A DNA stretch of 64,000 nucleotides from an uncultured Candidatus Rokubacteria bacterium (GTDB taxonomy: Bacteria > Methylomirabilota > Methylomirabilia > Rokubacteriales > DASRDR01). Under the pieces are notes generated by a model. It was not told where the DNA came from, searched no databases, and saw only the letters and a list, made by a program, of their open reading frames with translations. The stretch lies in NCBI GenBank assembly GCA_963826115.1, contig CAWGVS010000006.1:544001-608000 (forward strand), written 5' to 3'. This document shows, piece after piece, positions 10,873 to 20,660 of this stretch; position 1 is the first letter of the stretch; the number at the start of each line of letters is the position of its first letter. The position numbers were made by a program, and so were the translations under genes.

Positions 10873-12489
10873 CTACTCGGTGAGCCACACCGTGTCGAGC
10901 TGGTTGTTCAGGTAGTGGCTCGGCGTGATCTGCCATCCCTTGACCTTCGAGCTGTGCGGCACGATCCGGTGCCACTGGAGCGTCAGGATGTAGTGCGCTT
11001 CCTCGTCGAGGAGCCGCTTCTCGAACTGCTTGATCAGCGTCTTCCGCTCGTCGGGGGACGACGCCCGCGCCTGCTTGTCGTAGAGGTCGTCCAGCACCCG
11101 GTCCGTGTACCGCCCGTAGTTGGCCGGGTTCTTGTCCGTCGAGATGAACTTGTACATGTCGAGGTCGGGCTCGACGATGTAGCCGCACTGGAAGTCCATC
11201 GCGACCTGGAAGTCGCCCGCCCGGAGCGGCGTGTAGTACGCGGCCGCCTCGATGACCTCCTGGTTCACGTTCACGCCGATCTGGCGCCACTGGTCGATCA
11301 TCCAGATGGCCAGCGGCTCGTAGGGCATGGGGATGCCGCGGTTCTTGAACGTAAAGGTGAGATTCTCGGCGCCGGCCTCCTTCAGGAGGCGGCGCGCCTC
11401 GGCGCGCGCAGCGTTGATGTCGTGCCCGTAGCCGGCCAGCTTGTCCAGCTCCGCGGGGGGCGTGGCGTACGGCGTCCCGGGGACCTGCACGCCGGCGACG
11501 TCCTTCACGATCGCGATGCGCGACAGGGCCTTCGAGCCCTCGTAGCGGTCCAGGGCCAGGGTGAGCGCCTTGCGGACGCGCTTGTCGTCGAAGGGCTTCT
11601 TCTCGTGGTTGATGACGCCCATGAGGATGCAGTCCCACGGGCTTTCCTGGACCGTGATCTTGTTCCCCAGCGCCTGCACCAGGCTGTCGCGCTCGGCGGG
11701 GCTGAAGCCGCGGAACTGGATGTGGCCCCGCTCGCCGCGGATCATCGCGACCTGCGCGGCCGACGACGCGACGAAGACCGCGCGGAAACCGTCCAGGTAG
11801 GGCTTCCCCTTGTCCCAGTAGTCGGGGTTCTTCTTGCCCACGACGTGGGAGCCCTTCACGTGCTCCACGAACTTGAAGGGCCCGGTGCCCATGACGTTCT
11901 TCTCGTACCAGTGGATGTCCTTGGCCAGGATCTCCGCCCGGTAGATGAAGTTGTAGGGCGACGAGAGGGCCAGCATGAACGAGCTCTCCGGGTACTTGAG
12001 GCGGAAGCGCACCGTGGAGGGGTCCGGCGCCTCGATCGCCTCGACCGAGCGGTACTGGCCCTTCCGGCTCGACCCGACGCCGGCCGGCGGGAAGACGATC
12101 TTGTCGTAGGACGCCTTGACGTCCGCCGACGTCATCACGGCCCCGTCGTGGAACTTGACGCCCGGACGGAGCTTGAACGTGTAGGTGAGCCCGTCCTTCG
12201 AGACGGTCCAGCTCTCGGCCAGGTCACCGACGGGCTTGGTCCCGGTCGGGTCGGTCGGGTCGACCCGGAGCAGCGTGCTGTAGAAGGGCGCGAACGGGTG
12301 GATCAGTCCGAAGGTCTCCTCGCGGTGGCCGTCATAGGACGGGGGCTCCGACGGCACCGGGAAGACCAGCTCGCCCCCGGAGCGGGGCTGCTGCTGCGCC
12401 CCGGCCGGAAGCCCGGTCAGGACCAGGGCCAGGGCCAGGAGCGCGGACAGGGTCGTGTTGGCGAGGAACCTCGATCGCGTCATCGCCAT
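10873..12489 (-). CDS. dppA: ABC transporter substrate-binding protein, family 5 (DppA-like)
   Basis: Signal peptide, GDLAESW, YTFKLRPGVKFHDG, GTGPFK, KPFDDKRVRKAL. Confidence 0.93.
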   Translation of the reverse strand: MAMTRSRFLANTTLSALLALALVLTGLPAGAQQQPRSGGELVFPVPSEPPSYDGHREETFGLIHPFAPFYSTLLRVDPTDPTGTKPVGDLAESWTVSKDGLTYTFKLRPGVKFHDGAVMTSADVKASYDKIVFPPAGVGSSRKGQYRSVEAIEAPDPSTVRFRLKYPESSFMLALSSPYNFIYRAEILAKDIHWYEKNVMGTGPFKFVEHVKGSHVVGKKNPDYWDKGKPYLDGFRAVFVASSAAQVAMIRGERGHIQFRGFSPAERDSLVQALGNKITVQESPWDCILMGVINHEKKPFDDKRVRKALTLALDRYEGSKALSRIAIVKDVAGVQVPGTPYATPPAELDKLAGYGHDINAARAEARRLLKEAGAENLTFTFKNRGIPMPYEPLAIWMIDQWRQIGVNVNQEVIEAAAYYTPLRAGDFQVAMDFQCGYIVEPDLDMYKFISTDKNPANYGRYTDRVLDDLYDKQARASSPDERKTLIKQFEKRLLDEEAHYILTLQWHRIVPHSSKVKGWQITPSHYLNNQLDTVWLTE

Positions 12490-12654
12490 GGGCAGACCTC
12501 CTCAGACTGGGTTCGCGTGGGCCGGCCGGTAGCGTTCGACGCGCCCGGCGCGGTGCCAGCCGAGACCGTTTGACGACGTTCCGCTGCTCTCGGGGCCGTC
12601 TCACAGCCGCCCTCGCGGCGATGCTCGCGGCCACCTTTCGGGAAGGATGGATTC

Positions 12655-12684
12655 AGGCTAGCCGCCCCCCCGCGGCCCTGTCAA
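12655..12684 (-). promoter_or_regulatory. Sigma-70 promoter upstream of dppA
   Basis: Minus strand TTGACA-18bp-TAGCCT. Confidence 0.5.
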
Positions 12685-12750
12685 GGTCCGACCACCGGAC
12701 CAGAAGACCGAGAACGGGGTCCGGGCGCGCCGGTGGCGGGGCGGCCACCC

Positions 12751-13740
12751 TCAGACGAGGTGGCACGCCGCCCGGTGCCCCGGGCGGACCTCGCGGAGCT
12801 CGGGCCGCGCCTGCCGGCACTGGTCCACGGCGATCGGGCAGCGTGGGTGGAAGGCGCAGCCGGACGGGGGGCGGAGGGGGCTCGGCACCTCGCCGTGGAG
12901 GACCAGGCGCTCCCGGCCCGCCTCGACTTCGGGATCCGGGATCGGGACGGCCGACAGGAGCGCCTTCGTGTACGGGTGGAGCGGCGACTCGTAGAGCGCC
13001 TGGCGGTCCGCCAGCTCGACGACCCGGCCCAAGTACATGACCGCGACCCGGTCCGAGATGTGGCGGACCACCGAGAGGTCATGGGCGATGAACAGGTAGG
13101 TGAGGCCGAACTCCCGTCCGAGGTCCTCGAGCAGGTTGATGATCTGCGCCTGGATCGAGACGTCCAGCGCCGACACTGGCTCGTCGCAGATGATCAGCGA
13201 CGGCTCGAGGGCGAGGGCCCGGGCGATGCCGACCCGCTGGCGCTGGCCGCCCGACAGCTGGTGGGGATAGCGGCGCTCGTGCTGCGGGAGGAGCCCCACG
13301 TGCTCGAGGAGCGCGCGGACGCGCGCGGCCCGGGCGGTCGCGTCCGGGACGATCCCGTGGACGTGGAGCGGCTCGGCGACGATCTGCCCGATGGTCATCC
13401 GCGGGTTGAGCGAGCTGTACGGGTCCTGGAAGATGACCTGCATCTTCCGCCGGACCGGGCGGAGCGCCTCGGGGCGGAGCGTGGTCAGCTCCTGGCCCTC
13501 GAAGCGGATCGACCCGCTCGTCGGCCGCTCGAGCTGGAGGATGCAGCGCCCCGTCGTCGTCTTGCCGCACCCCGACTCCCCGACCAGCCCGAGCGTCTCG
13601 CCCCGCCGAATCTCGAAGCTCACGCCGTCGACCGCGCGCACGGCGCCGACCTGGCGGCCGAGGAACCCCGCCGTGACCGGGTAGTGCTTGACGAGGTCCC
13701 GGACCTCGAGGAGGGCGCCGTTCCCCGCCGCGGCGCTCAT
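12751..13740 (-). CDS. oppF: Oligopeptide ABC transporter ATP-binding protein (OppF/DppF)
   Basis: [29 protein letters not shown]-terminal GCAFHPRC; ATG 13740. Confidence 0.93.
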   Translation of the reverse strand: MSAAAGNGALLEVRDLVKHYPVTAGFLGRQVGAVRAVDGVSFEIRRGETLGLVGESGCGKTTTGRCILQLERPTSGSIRFEGQELTTLRPEALRPVRRKMQVIFQDPYSSLNPRMTIGQIVAEPLHVHGIVPDATARAARVRALLEHVGLLPQHERRYPHQLSGGQRQRVGIARALALEPSLIICDEPVSALDVSIQAQIINLLEDLGREFGLTYLFIAHDLSVVRHISDRVAVMYLGRVVELADRQALYESPLHPYTKALLSAVPIPDPEVEAGRERLVLHGEVPSPLRPPSGCAFHPRCPIAVDQCRQARPELREVRPGHRAACHLV

Positions 13741-14744
13741 GGCGCGGCCCCCGCGACCAGCTCGCCCACCAGCCGCTCCGCCTCCCAGCAGGCGCTCACG
13801 TGCCCGTCCTGGCCCACCGGGCGCAGGACCGGCCGCTCCGCGTCGCACCGGGCGACGCGGAACGCGCAGCGGGGCGCGAACGCGCAGCCGCCGGGGAGGC
13901 GCGAGAGGTCGGGCGGCTGACCGTCGATCGGGTCGAGCCGCTCCCGGCGGGGGGCGTCGAGCCGCGGCACCGAGCGGAGGAGACCGAGCGTGTAGGGGTG
14001 CCGCGGGCGGGCGTAGAGTGCGCGCGCCGTGCCCTGCTCCACGATGCGCCCGGCGTACATCACGTTCACGCGGTCGGCGTAGCGGGCGACCACCCCGAGG
14101 TTGTGGGTGATGATGAGCATCGCCGCCCCGAACCGCCGCGACAGCGACTTCATCAGCTCCAGGATCTGCGCCTGGATCGTCACGTCGAGTGCGGTCGTGG
14201 GCTCGTCCGCCAGCACGAGCGCCGGCTCGCAGGCGAGCGCCATCGCGATCATCATGCGCTGGCGCATCCCGCCGCTGAACTGGTGGGGATACTGGCGGAG
14301 CCGCCGCGCGGGGTCGGAGATGCCCACCATCTGGAGGAGCTCCTCGGCCCGCGCCCGCGACCGCGCGGCGTCGGCCCCGAGATGGATCTCGAGCCCCTCG
14401 GTGAGCTGGCGCCCGACGGTGAGCACCGGGTTGAGCGACGTCATGGGCTCCTGGAAGACCATGGCGATCTCGCGCCCGCGCACCCGGCGCATCTCCTCCT
14501 CGGAGAGCCGCAGGAGGTCGCGGTCCCGGAACCAGACCTCGCCGCCGACGACCCGGCCGGCCGGGGGGCTCACCAGGCGCATGACGGAGAGGGCGCTGAC
14601 GCTCTTGCCGCACCCCGACTCGCCGACGAGGGCCACGGTCTCGCCCTCGCGGACGTCCCACGACACGTCGTCGACGGCTCGGACGACGCCGCCCCGCGTC
14701 GCGAACTGGGTGCTCAGATGGCGTACGTCCAGGAGGGGCGCCAC
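13737..14744 (-). CDS. oppD: Oligopeptide ABC transporter ATP-binding protein (OppD/DppD)
   Basis: [36 protein letters not shown]. Confidence 0.93.
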   Translation of the reverse strand: MAPLLDVRHLSTQFATRGGVVRAVDDVSWDVREGETVALVGESGCGKSVSALSVMRLVSPPAGRVVGGEVWFRDRDLLRLSEEEMRRVRGREIAMVFQEPMTSLNPVLTVGRQLTEGLEIHLGADAARSRARAEELLQMVGISDPARRLRQYPHQFSGGMRQRMMIAMALACEPALVLADEPTTALDVTIQAQILELMKSLSRRFGAAMLIITHNLGVVARYADRVNVMYAGRIVEQGTARALYARPRHPYTLGLLRSVPRLDAPRRERLDPIDGQPPDLSRLPGGCAFAPRCAFRVARCDAERPVLRPVGQDGHVSACWEAERLVGELVAGAAP

Positions 14745-14836
14745 GGCAGGCGCCAGTCTAGCAAAATCGGGAGGGGGCTGCGATCATCGCGGGTGAGTGG
14801 GAAGGGGCCGGGCCGCGCGCCCGGCGGGAGGCTCTC

Positions 14837-16429
14837 GTGACCGGTGCCCAGCTCCTGATCCGCTGCCTCGAGCGGGAAGGCGTGCGCTACGTCTTCGGCG
14901 TGCCCGGCGAGGAGACGCTCGATCTGAACGACGCGCTCCTCGACTCGTCGATCCGCTTCGTCCCGGTCCGGCACGAGCAGGCGGCGGCCTTCATGGCCGA
15001 CGTCTGGGGGCGCCTCACGGGCCAGGCGGGGGTGTGTCTGGCGACCCTCGGCCCGGGCGCGACCAACCTCACCACCGGGCTCGCGGACGCCGACCTCGAC
15101 CGGGCGCCGGTCGTGGCCATCACCGGGCAGCTCGCGCGGGGCCTCCTCCACAAGGAGTCCCACCAGTACGTCGACATCGTCGAGGCGTTCCGGCCCTTCA
15201 CGAAGTGGAACGCCCGGATCGAGATGGGCGAGGTCATCCCCGAGGTCGTCCGGAAGGCCTTCAAGCTCGCCCAGGAGGAGAAGCCGGGCGCCTGCCACCT
15301 GGAGCTCCCCGAGGACGTGGCCGAGGAGCCGGTCGACGGGGAGCCCCTCCGGGTCGACAAGCCCCGCCGGCCGTCGCCTGACCGCCCGTCCCTCGCGCGG
15401 GCGGCCGACATCGTGAACCGGGCGGCCCACCCGCTGATCCTGGCGGGCAACGGCGTGATCCGCGGGCGCGCCGCGCGGGAGCTCCGCCACCTGGCCGAGC
15501 GCGCCCAGATCCCGGTGGTGACCACGTTCATGGCCAAGGGCGCGCTCCCGGCCGACCACCCGCTCATGGTCGCCACGGTCGGGCTCGCCGCCGAGGACAT
15601 CGAGCGCGCCGGGTTCACGAAGGCCGACGTGGTGATCGCCGTGGGCTACGATCCCGTCGAGTACGGCCCCGCGCGCTGGAACCCGTCGGGCCACCTCCGC
15701 GTCGTCCACGTCGACTTCACGGCCGCGGAGGTCGACGCGCGCTACCAGCCGGACGTCGAGGTCGTGGCCGACGTCCGTGAGGCGCTCGAGCTCCTGGCGC
15801 CGCTCGTCGGCGTCCGTCCCGAGGCGCGGCCCCCGGCGCCCCGCGCCGCCGACCCGCGCCGGCGGTCGGACGCCTTCCCGGTGCTCCCCCAGCGCGTGAT
15901 GGACGACCTCGAGGCCGTCCTCCGGCCGGAGGACCTGGTCGTCTCGGACGTCGGCGCCCACAAGCTCTGGGTCGCCAAGGCGTACGGCGCGCGGCTCCCC
16001 AACACGGTGATCATCTCGAACGGCTTCGCCGCCATGGGGATCGGGCTGCCGGGGGCGATCGCCGCGAAGCTCGCCGAGCCCCAGCGCCGGGTCGTCACCG
16101 TCACGGGCGACGGCGGCCTCCTCATGAACGTCCAGGAGCTCGAGACCGCGCGGCGCCTCGGTCTCGCGTTCGTGGTCCTGGTCATGCGCGACGACGGCTA
16201 CGGCGTCATCCGCTGGAAGCAGCTGAAGCGCTTCGGGCGCACCGCGGGCGTGGACCTCGGCAACCCCGACCTGGTCGCGCTGGCCGAGGCGTTCGGCTGC
16301 CGCGGCTTCCGTGTCGAGTCGGCCGGCGCGCTCCGGCCGGCCCTCGAGGCCGCGCTCGCCTCGCCGGTGCCAGCCCTGGTCGACTGCCCGGTCGACTACG
16401 CCGAGAACGACCGCCTGGCGGAGCTGTAA
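14837..16429 (+). CDS. Acetolactate synthase large subunit-like ThDP enzyme
   Basis: FGVPGEE, RHEQAAAFMA, TLGPGATN, SDVGAHK, GDGGLLM. Confidence 0.9.
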   Translation: MTGAQLLIRCLEREGVRYVFGVPGEETLDLNDALLDSSIRFVPVRHEQAAAFMADVWGRLTGQAGVCLATLGPGATNLTTGLADADLDRAPVVAITGQLARGLLHKESHQYVDIVEAFRPFTKWNARIEMGEVIPEVVRKAFKLAQEEKPGACHLELPEDVAEEPVDGEPLRVDKPRRPSPDRPSLARAADIVNRAAHPLILAGNGVIRGRAARELRHLAERAQIPVVTTFMAKGALPADHPLMVATVGLAAEDIERAGFTKADVVIAVGYDPVEYGPARWNPSGHLRVVHVDFTAAEVDARYQPDVEVVADVREALELLAPLVGVRPEARPPAPRAADPRRRSDAFPVLPQRVMDDLEAVLRPEDLVVSDVGAHKLWVAKAYGARLPNTVIISNGFAAMGIGLPGAIAAKLAEPQRRVVTVTGDGGLLMNVQELETARRLGLAFVVLVMRDDGYGVIRWKQLKRFGRTAGVDLGNPDLVALAEAFGCRGFRVESAGALRPALEAALASPVPALVDCPVDYAENDRLAEL

Positions 16430-16446
16430 GGGCCGCTCCGAGCCCG

Positions 16447-17097
16447 ATGGCCTTCCGCCTGCCGCGCGGCGCGCGCCTGATCCGCTTCCCGTCGACCGAC
16501 GGCCTCCAGCTCGAGGGCCGCCTGACGCCGGGGAGCGCCGAGCAGGGCGTCGTCCTCTGTCATCCGCACCCCCTGTACGGCGGGTCGATGCTCACGCCGG
16601 TGATCCTGACGGTCGAGTCGGCGTTCCACGCGGCGGGGTGGACGACGCTCGCGTTCAACTTCCGCGGTGTCGGCGCGAGCGAGGGAAGCCACGGGGACGG
16701 GAAGACCGAGGTCGCGGACGTCGCGGGCGCGCTGGCCCACCTGCGCGGCGCGCTCGGCGGCGCGCCGCGGACGGTCGCGGTCGCGGGCTACTCGTTCGGG
16801 AGCCACGTGGGCGGCCGGGCCGCCGCGGCCGATCCCGGGGTCGGCTTCTACCTGGGCGTGGCGCCCGTGGTCCTCCGCTACGACTACGGATTTCTCCGTG
16901 AGGTCCGGGGACGCATCGGGCTGGTCGCGGGGGCGCGCGACGAGTACTCGGACGCGGCGCGCCTCGAGGCGCTGGCGGCGAGCCTGCCGGCGCGGCCATG
17001 GCTCCGCGTCCTCGACGCCGACCACTTCTTCGGGGATGTCCTCGACGACCTCGCCGCGGCGTGCGGCGAGGCCATCGCCTGGGCGACCGCGCCGTAG
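16447..17097 (+). CDS. Alpha/beta hydrolase
   Basis: CHPHPLYGGSM, FNFRGVGASEG, nucleophile elbow GYSFG, DE, DHFF. Confidence 0.88.
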   Translation: MAFRLPRGARLIRFPSTDGLQLEGRLTPGSAEQGVVLCHPHPLYGGSMLTPVILTVESAFHAAGWTTLAFNFRGVGASEGSHGDGKTEVADVAGALAHLRGALGGAPRTVAVAGYSFGSHVGGRAAAADPGVGFYLGVAPVVLRYDYGFLREVRGRIGLVAGARDEYSDAARLEALAASLPARPWLRVLDADHFFGDVLDDLAAACGEAIAWATAP

Positions 17098-17255
17098 CGC
17101 GCTCACAACGCCGGGCTGGTATCCTGGGGGTTGGACGCACCTGGGCTCGGGGAAGTGTCCGGTAGCCGACAGTCCAGGGCGTCGCGACGCTCTGGGGGCC
17201 GACCCGAGAATCGCCGGCCCGATGGGTCGTCAAACAGAGCAGGGAGGGCCGAGAC

Positions 17256-17831
17256 GTGAAGAAGCTGGTGGCCGTGGTGCTCGCGGCGTTGCTCCTCGTT
17301 CCGATGCTGGCCGGGCCGGCGCTGGCGGGGGGCGGGGGATGGCACGGTGGCGGCGGCTGGCATGGTGGCGGCGGGGGGCACGGCGGAGGCTGGCACGGCC
17401 ACGGCGGCGGCGGTTGCTGCTGGGGCTGGGGATGGGGCGGCTTCGCCGCTGGCGTCGGGATCGGCGCGCTCGCGACCGCGCCCCTCTGGTACCCGCCGGC
17501 CTACGCGTACCCGTATCCCGCGTACCCGGCCTACTCCTACCCGGCGTATCCCGCGTACTCGTACCCGGCCTACAGCTACCCGACGACTCCGCCGCCGGCC
17601 TACCCGCCGCCCCCGGAGTCGGGAGTCGCGCCCCAGACCGGCCAGTCGGCCACCGTGAACTACGGCGGCGCGCCGGCGCCTCCGACGCCCGCGGCTCAGC
17701 AGGCGCCGCCCGGCGGCGGTCAGAACTGCCAGACGCTGACGGTTGACGGGCACAACGAGACGCGGACCCTCCAGAACGGCCAGACGCTGACGGCGTGGAT
17801 CCCGACCTACACGCAGCAGCTCTGTCAGTAG
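17256..17831 (+). CDS. Secreted Gly/His- and Tyr/Pro-rich low-complexity protein
   Basis: Signal peptide MKKLVAVVLAALLLVPMLAGPALA; GGGWH and YPAY(S) repeats; C-terminal Cys pair. Confidence 0.72.
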   Translation: MKKLVAVVLAALLLVPMLAGPALAGGGGWHGGGGWHGGGGGHGGGWHGHGGGGCCWGWGWGGFAAGVGIGALATAPLWYPPAYAYPYPAYPAYSYPAYPAYSYPAYSYPTTPPPAYPPPPESGVAPQTGQSATVNYGGAPAPPTPAAQQAPPGGGQNCQTLTVDGHNETRTLQNGQTLTAWIPTYTQQLCQ

Positions 17832-17833
17832 CC

Positions 17834-18163
17834 ATGAGCCGGGTCCCGCACGTGCGGCGATCGTTCCGCGGCGGGCGTCTCCTTGCGCTCGCGGGTCTCC
17901 TCGCGATCGGCGTCGGCATGGCTGGCTGCTACTACGTCGTGCCGGCTCCGCCCCCCGGCGCCATGCCCGCGCCCGGGCCGCCGCCCGCGGGCTGGGTGTA
18001 CGTCCCCGGCCAGTGGGTCTGGAACGGCGCGGCGTACGTCTGGCGCGCGCCCTACTGGGCCGCGACGCCTCCGTACGGCTCGGCTCCGATGCCGCCGCCC
18101 GGCGCCATGCCCGCGCCTCGTCCGCCGCCCGCCGGCGCCCCGCCCCCCGCGCCCAGGCCGTAG
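17834..18163 (+). CDS. Pro-rich lipoprotein with YXWGXW-like repeat
   Basis: Lipobox-like MAGC; WVYVPGQWVWNGAAYVWRAPYW; PPPGAMPAP twice. Confidence 0.7.
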   Translation: MSRVPHVRRSFRGGRLLALAGLLAIGVGMAGCYYVVPAPPPGAMPAPGPPPAGWVYVPGQWVWNGAAYVWRAPYWAATPPYGSAPMPPPGAMPAPRPPPAGAPPPAPRP

Positions 18164-18203
18164 GCGATCCGGCTCGTCAGCTCCGGCCCTCGCTCGTACT
18201 TCC

Positions 18204-19947
18204 TCAGAACGGGTGCTGCCCCACCGTGCCAGCTGGCATTTCGGGCAGCGCCATGACCACGAGCGAGCATGTCGCCGAACCGAGCGACGATGCGAGATAG
18301 AGAGTCGGCATCGGTTGCCCGTCCATTGCCAGCGGCGGCTCGGCAGTCGCGTACCGGTACCGGATGATGGTGGGGTCGCCGTAGAGACCGTAGATGCAGG
18401 AGTACACCACCCACGGGTTGTGTACGGGCGGTGGTGGCGGGGGCGACGGACACGCGACCTGGGATCCGACCACGGCGTCGGACTCGGTTCCGAGCTGACC
18501 TCGGAAGATGAGCCAGCACGGCGCACCCGGTGCCGCGTCCGCCGGGAGCTGTGGCGTCGGGAGGGCCTGGCTCGACTGGTCGGGGTCAATTCGAAGCGCG
18601 GACCACGTGGCAAGGTCGCGTCGGGCCCCGTCGGAAGTGTCGTAGAGAAGTCTGAAGTCCCCAATCATGGTCTCGCGTGAGCCCCAGATCGTGAGATTGA
18701 GCCCTTCGTAGGTCGCGTCTAGGGAGCCACGGAAGAACGTGTCGAGGAAGCCTGCAGCATAGCCGACCGCCCGCGGGAGCAGAATGTCCGCCATCGCGTC
18801 GTAGTTGTAGCGGTTCAGGGTGAACTTCTTCCTCTTGCCGACGCTCTCAAGGTGCTCGTCCCAGAGTGAGCGGCTCGTCAATCGTACCGTTGGAATCACG
18901 TCGTTCGAGAGCCTGTCGATCACATCGCGCGCGTAGAACGTCAAGGGGGCCGTCACGGTGCCCTTCAGTGTCGGGACCGAGTACATCATCGACCCCTCGA
19001 CGTACGCTGTCTGCTCGCAAGGCGGCTCGAGCAGACTCGTGCATGGCGCCGAGCCCCCTCCAAGATTCGTTCCAGCCGACAGGAAGTTGCGGCTGCTGAA
19101 GTCAGCGAGTCCGCCGCAGGCCGCCGTCGCTGAAGAAGTCCTGGTAGGGCCGGGTTAGAACTGCCCCGTAACCACCAAGCACCAGTTCTGGTGGAACGCT
19201 CACCCGTCGGAAAGTGCGCCCCAGGACCCGTGCTTCGATGTACTCCTCGTACCAGCTATGGCCTCCGACAAGCCAGTTCACCCCATCCGCGCAGTCGGCG
19301 TGTGGATCGTTTCGCGTGTGCTGGGGCTGAGCCATGTCCTCGAGGACATGCAACACCTGCCCGAGAGCACGGAACATGAGAGCAGTGTGCTTCTCTCGAA
19401 CTGGGCGTGAGGACGCAACCAGTGACTGGTACTGGTAGCTCGCGTGCGTCGAGCAGGGAGAACTGGTTCTGGCTGGAGTCCCGTACCGCGTCCCTGACGA
19501 CCCAGGGCCCAATCCGGCGCCGGCTTACCCGTGAACGGGCCGACTGTGAGCCCGCGGCCGTTTCGCTGAACGTCGAGAAAGTGATTGAAGACCCGATCTA
19601 TCGCCGATGGGGGATTCTTGGGCTTCACGCATCCGGCGACGGCACCCGACGGCGCTATCTGTGAAGTCATCCTCGCGAATGGCGCCCTCGATCGTCCAAT
19701 CCTGGGCCGTTCCGGTGTTCACGAATTGAGCGAGACGGTCTGCACCGGTCCGACTTGCCACATCGAAGGTGTCGTCGTCGGCCATGCCGATGCTCTGGCG
19801 GTACGCCGATACTCCGACGGAGGACTTGTACGCCTGGCGCGTAATCTCAGCATGCGTACGCAGTTCGTAGGCGTGGGCAGGGTACCGGCCAGCGCAAGTT
19901 GCCGACAGGAACGACAGAAGCAGGGCGAAACGCCGAGTCGAAGTCAA
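18204..19947 (-). pseudogene. Frameshifted secreted Zn-dependent phospholipase C/P1-nuclease-fold protein (about 579 aa if repaired)
   Basis: Fragments join after removing single extra bases near 19646, 19481, 19440 and 19113: signal peptide, AYELRTHAEIT, EGAIREDD, NHF, LGQVLHVLEDMAQPQHTRND, SWYEEY, LLPRAVGYAAGFLDTFFRG. Confidence 0.72.
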
Positions 19948-20660
19948 TTGCCGCCTCCAAAATCCAGGAAGTCGATGCCGGTTCTCAATCTCCAGAGGAG
20001 AGTGTCGAGATCCCTGGATTGGCCTGCTATCCGATCGGCCTCAGCCTTTATGAGACGCAACCTGTTTGCATAGGCTCGTCGGAAGGGAAGTGGGTCCTGG
20101 TCGGACAAGCTCGTCCCCTCGAGAGGATCGGCTGCCTTTTGAAGTTCCACGATCGTTTCCGAAGGGGTGCCCCGAAATAGGGAAAGCTCGAAGGTGCTGC
20201 CGGCCTGATTGAATGCGTGTACGCGAGCTGCATCAGGCTGTCCGACTGGGGTCGCATTGTGGATCAGTCTGGCGCGGTAACCGGGTCGGAAGAGACTGAT
20301 GAGCGGGTCCCGCCCGGCAATCATCCCTTCGACGCCGCTCTTTACAGGGCCCCAGGCGGGAAAGGAGAGCTGTCCGTCGGGGCCGCTGACGGCTTCGAGG
20401 GCCATCAGGACGCCTCGGCGTCGGTCGTAGACCAGCCAGGCGGCGATGGCGTGGACGTCGGCGAGGGGCTGGCCCGTCTGCTGGTCGACGACACGGATCG
20501 AGAATCCGGGCGCCTCGTACAGACACGCGACGATGTGGGGGCAGAGCGGATCGGACTTGTCGTTCTGCCCCAGCGCGGAGGCGGTCAGGCCGAGCACCGA
20601 GGCGACGAGGAGCGTCACGCTCCAGGCTTTGCGTCCCGCGAGTCCCGTGAATGCCCGCAC
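19944..20660 (-). CDS. Secreted hypothetical protein with carboxypeptidase-regulatory-like beta-sandwich N-terminus
   Basis: Signal peptide; IRVVDQQTGQPLADVHAIAAW, SGPDGQLSFP, FRPGY; overlaps both neighbours. Confidence 0.7.
   Translation of the reverse strand: MRAFTGLAGRKAWSVTLLVASVLGLTASALGQNDKSDPLCPHIVACLYEAPGFSIRVVDQQTGQPLADVHAIAAWLVYDRRRGVLMALEAVSGPDGQLSFPAWGPVKSGVEGMIAGRDPLISLFRPGYRARLIHNATPVGQPDAARVHAFNQAGSTFELSLFRGTPSETIVELQKAADPLEGTSLSDQDPLPFRRAYANRLRLIKAEADRIAGQSRDLDTLLWRLRTGIDFLDFGGGN

Noticed and set aside
19100-19650. Programmed frameshifting or phase variation in the phospholipase-like gene
   Set aside because: No slippery heptamers or long homopolymer tracts (runs of only three), and four shifts would be needed
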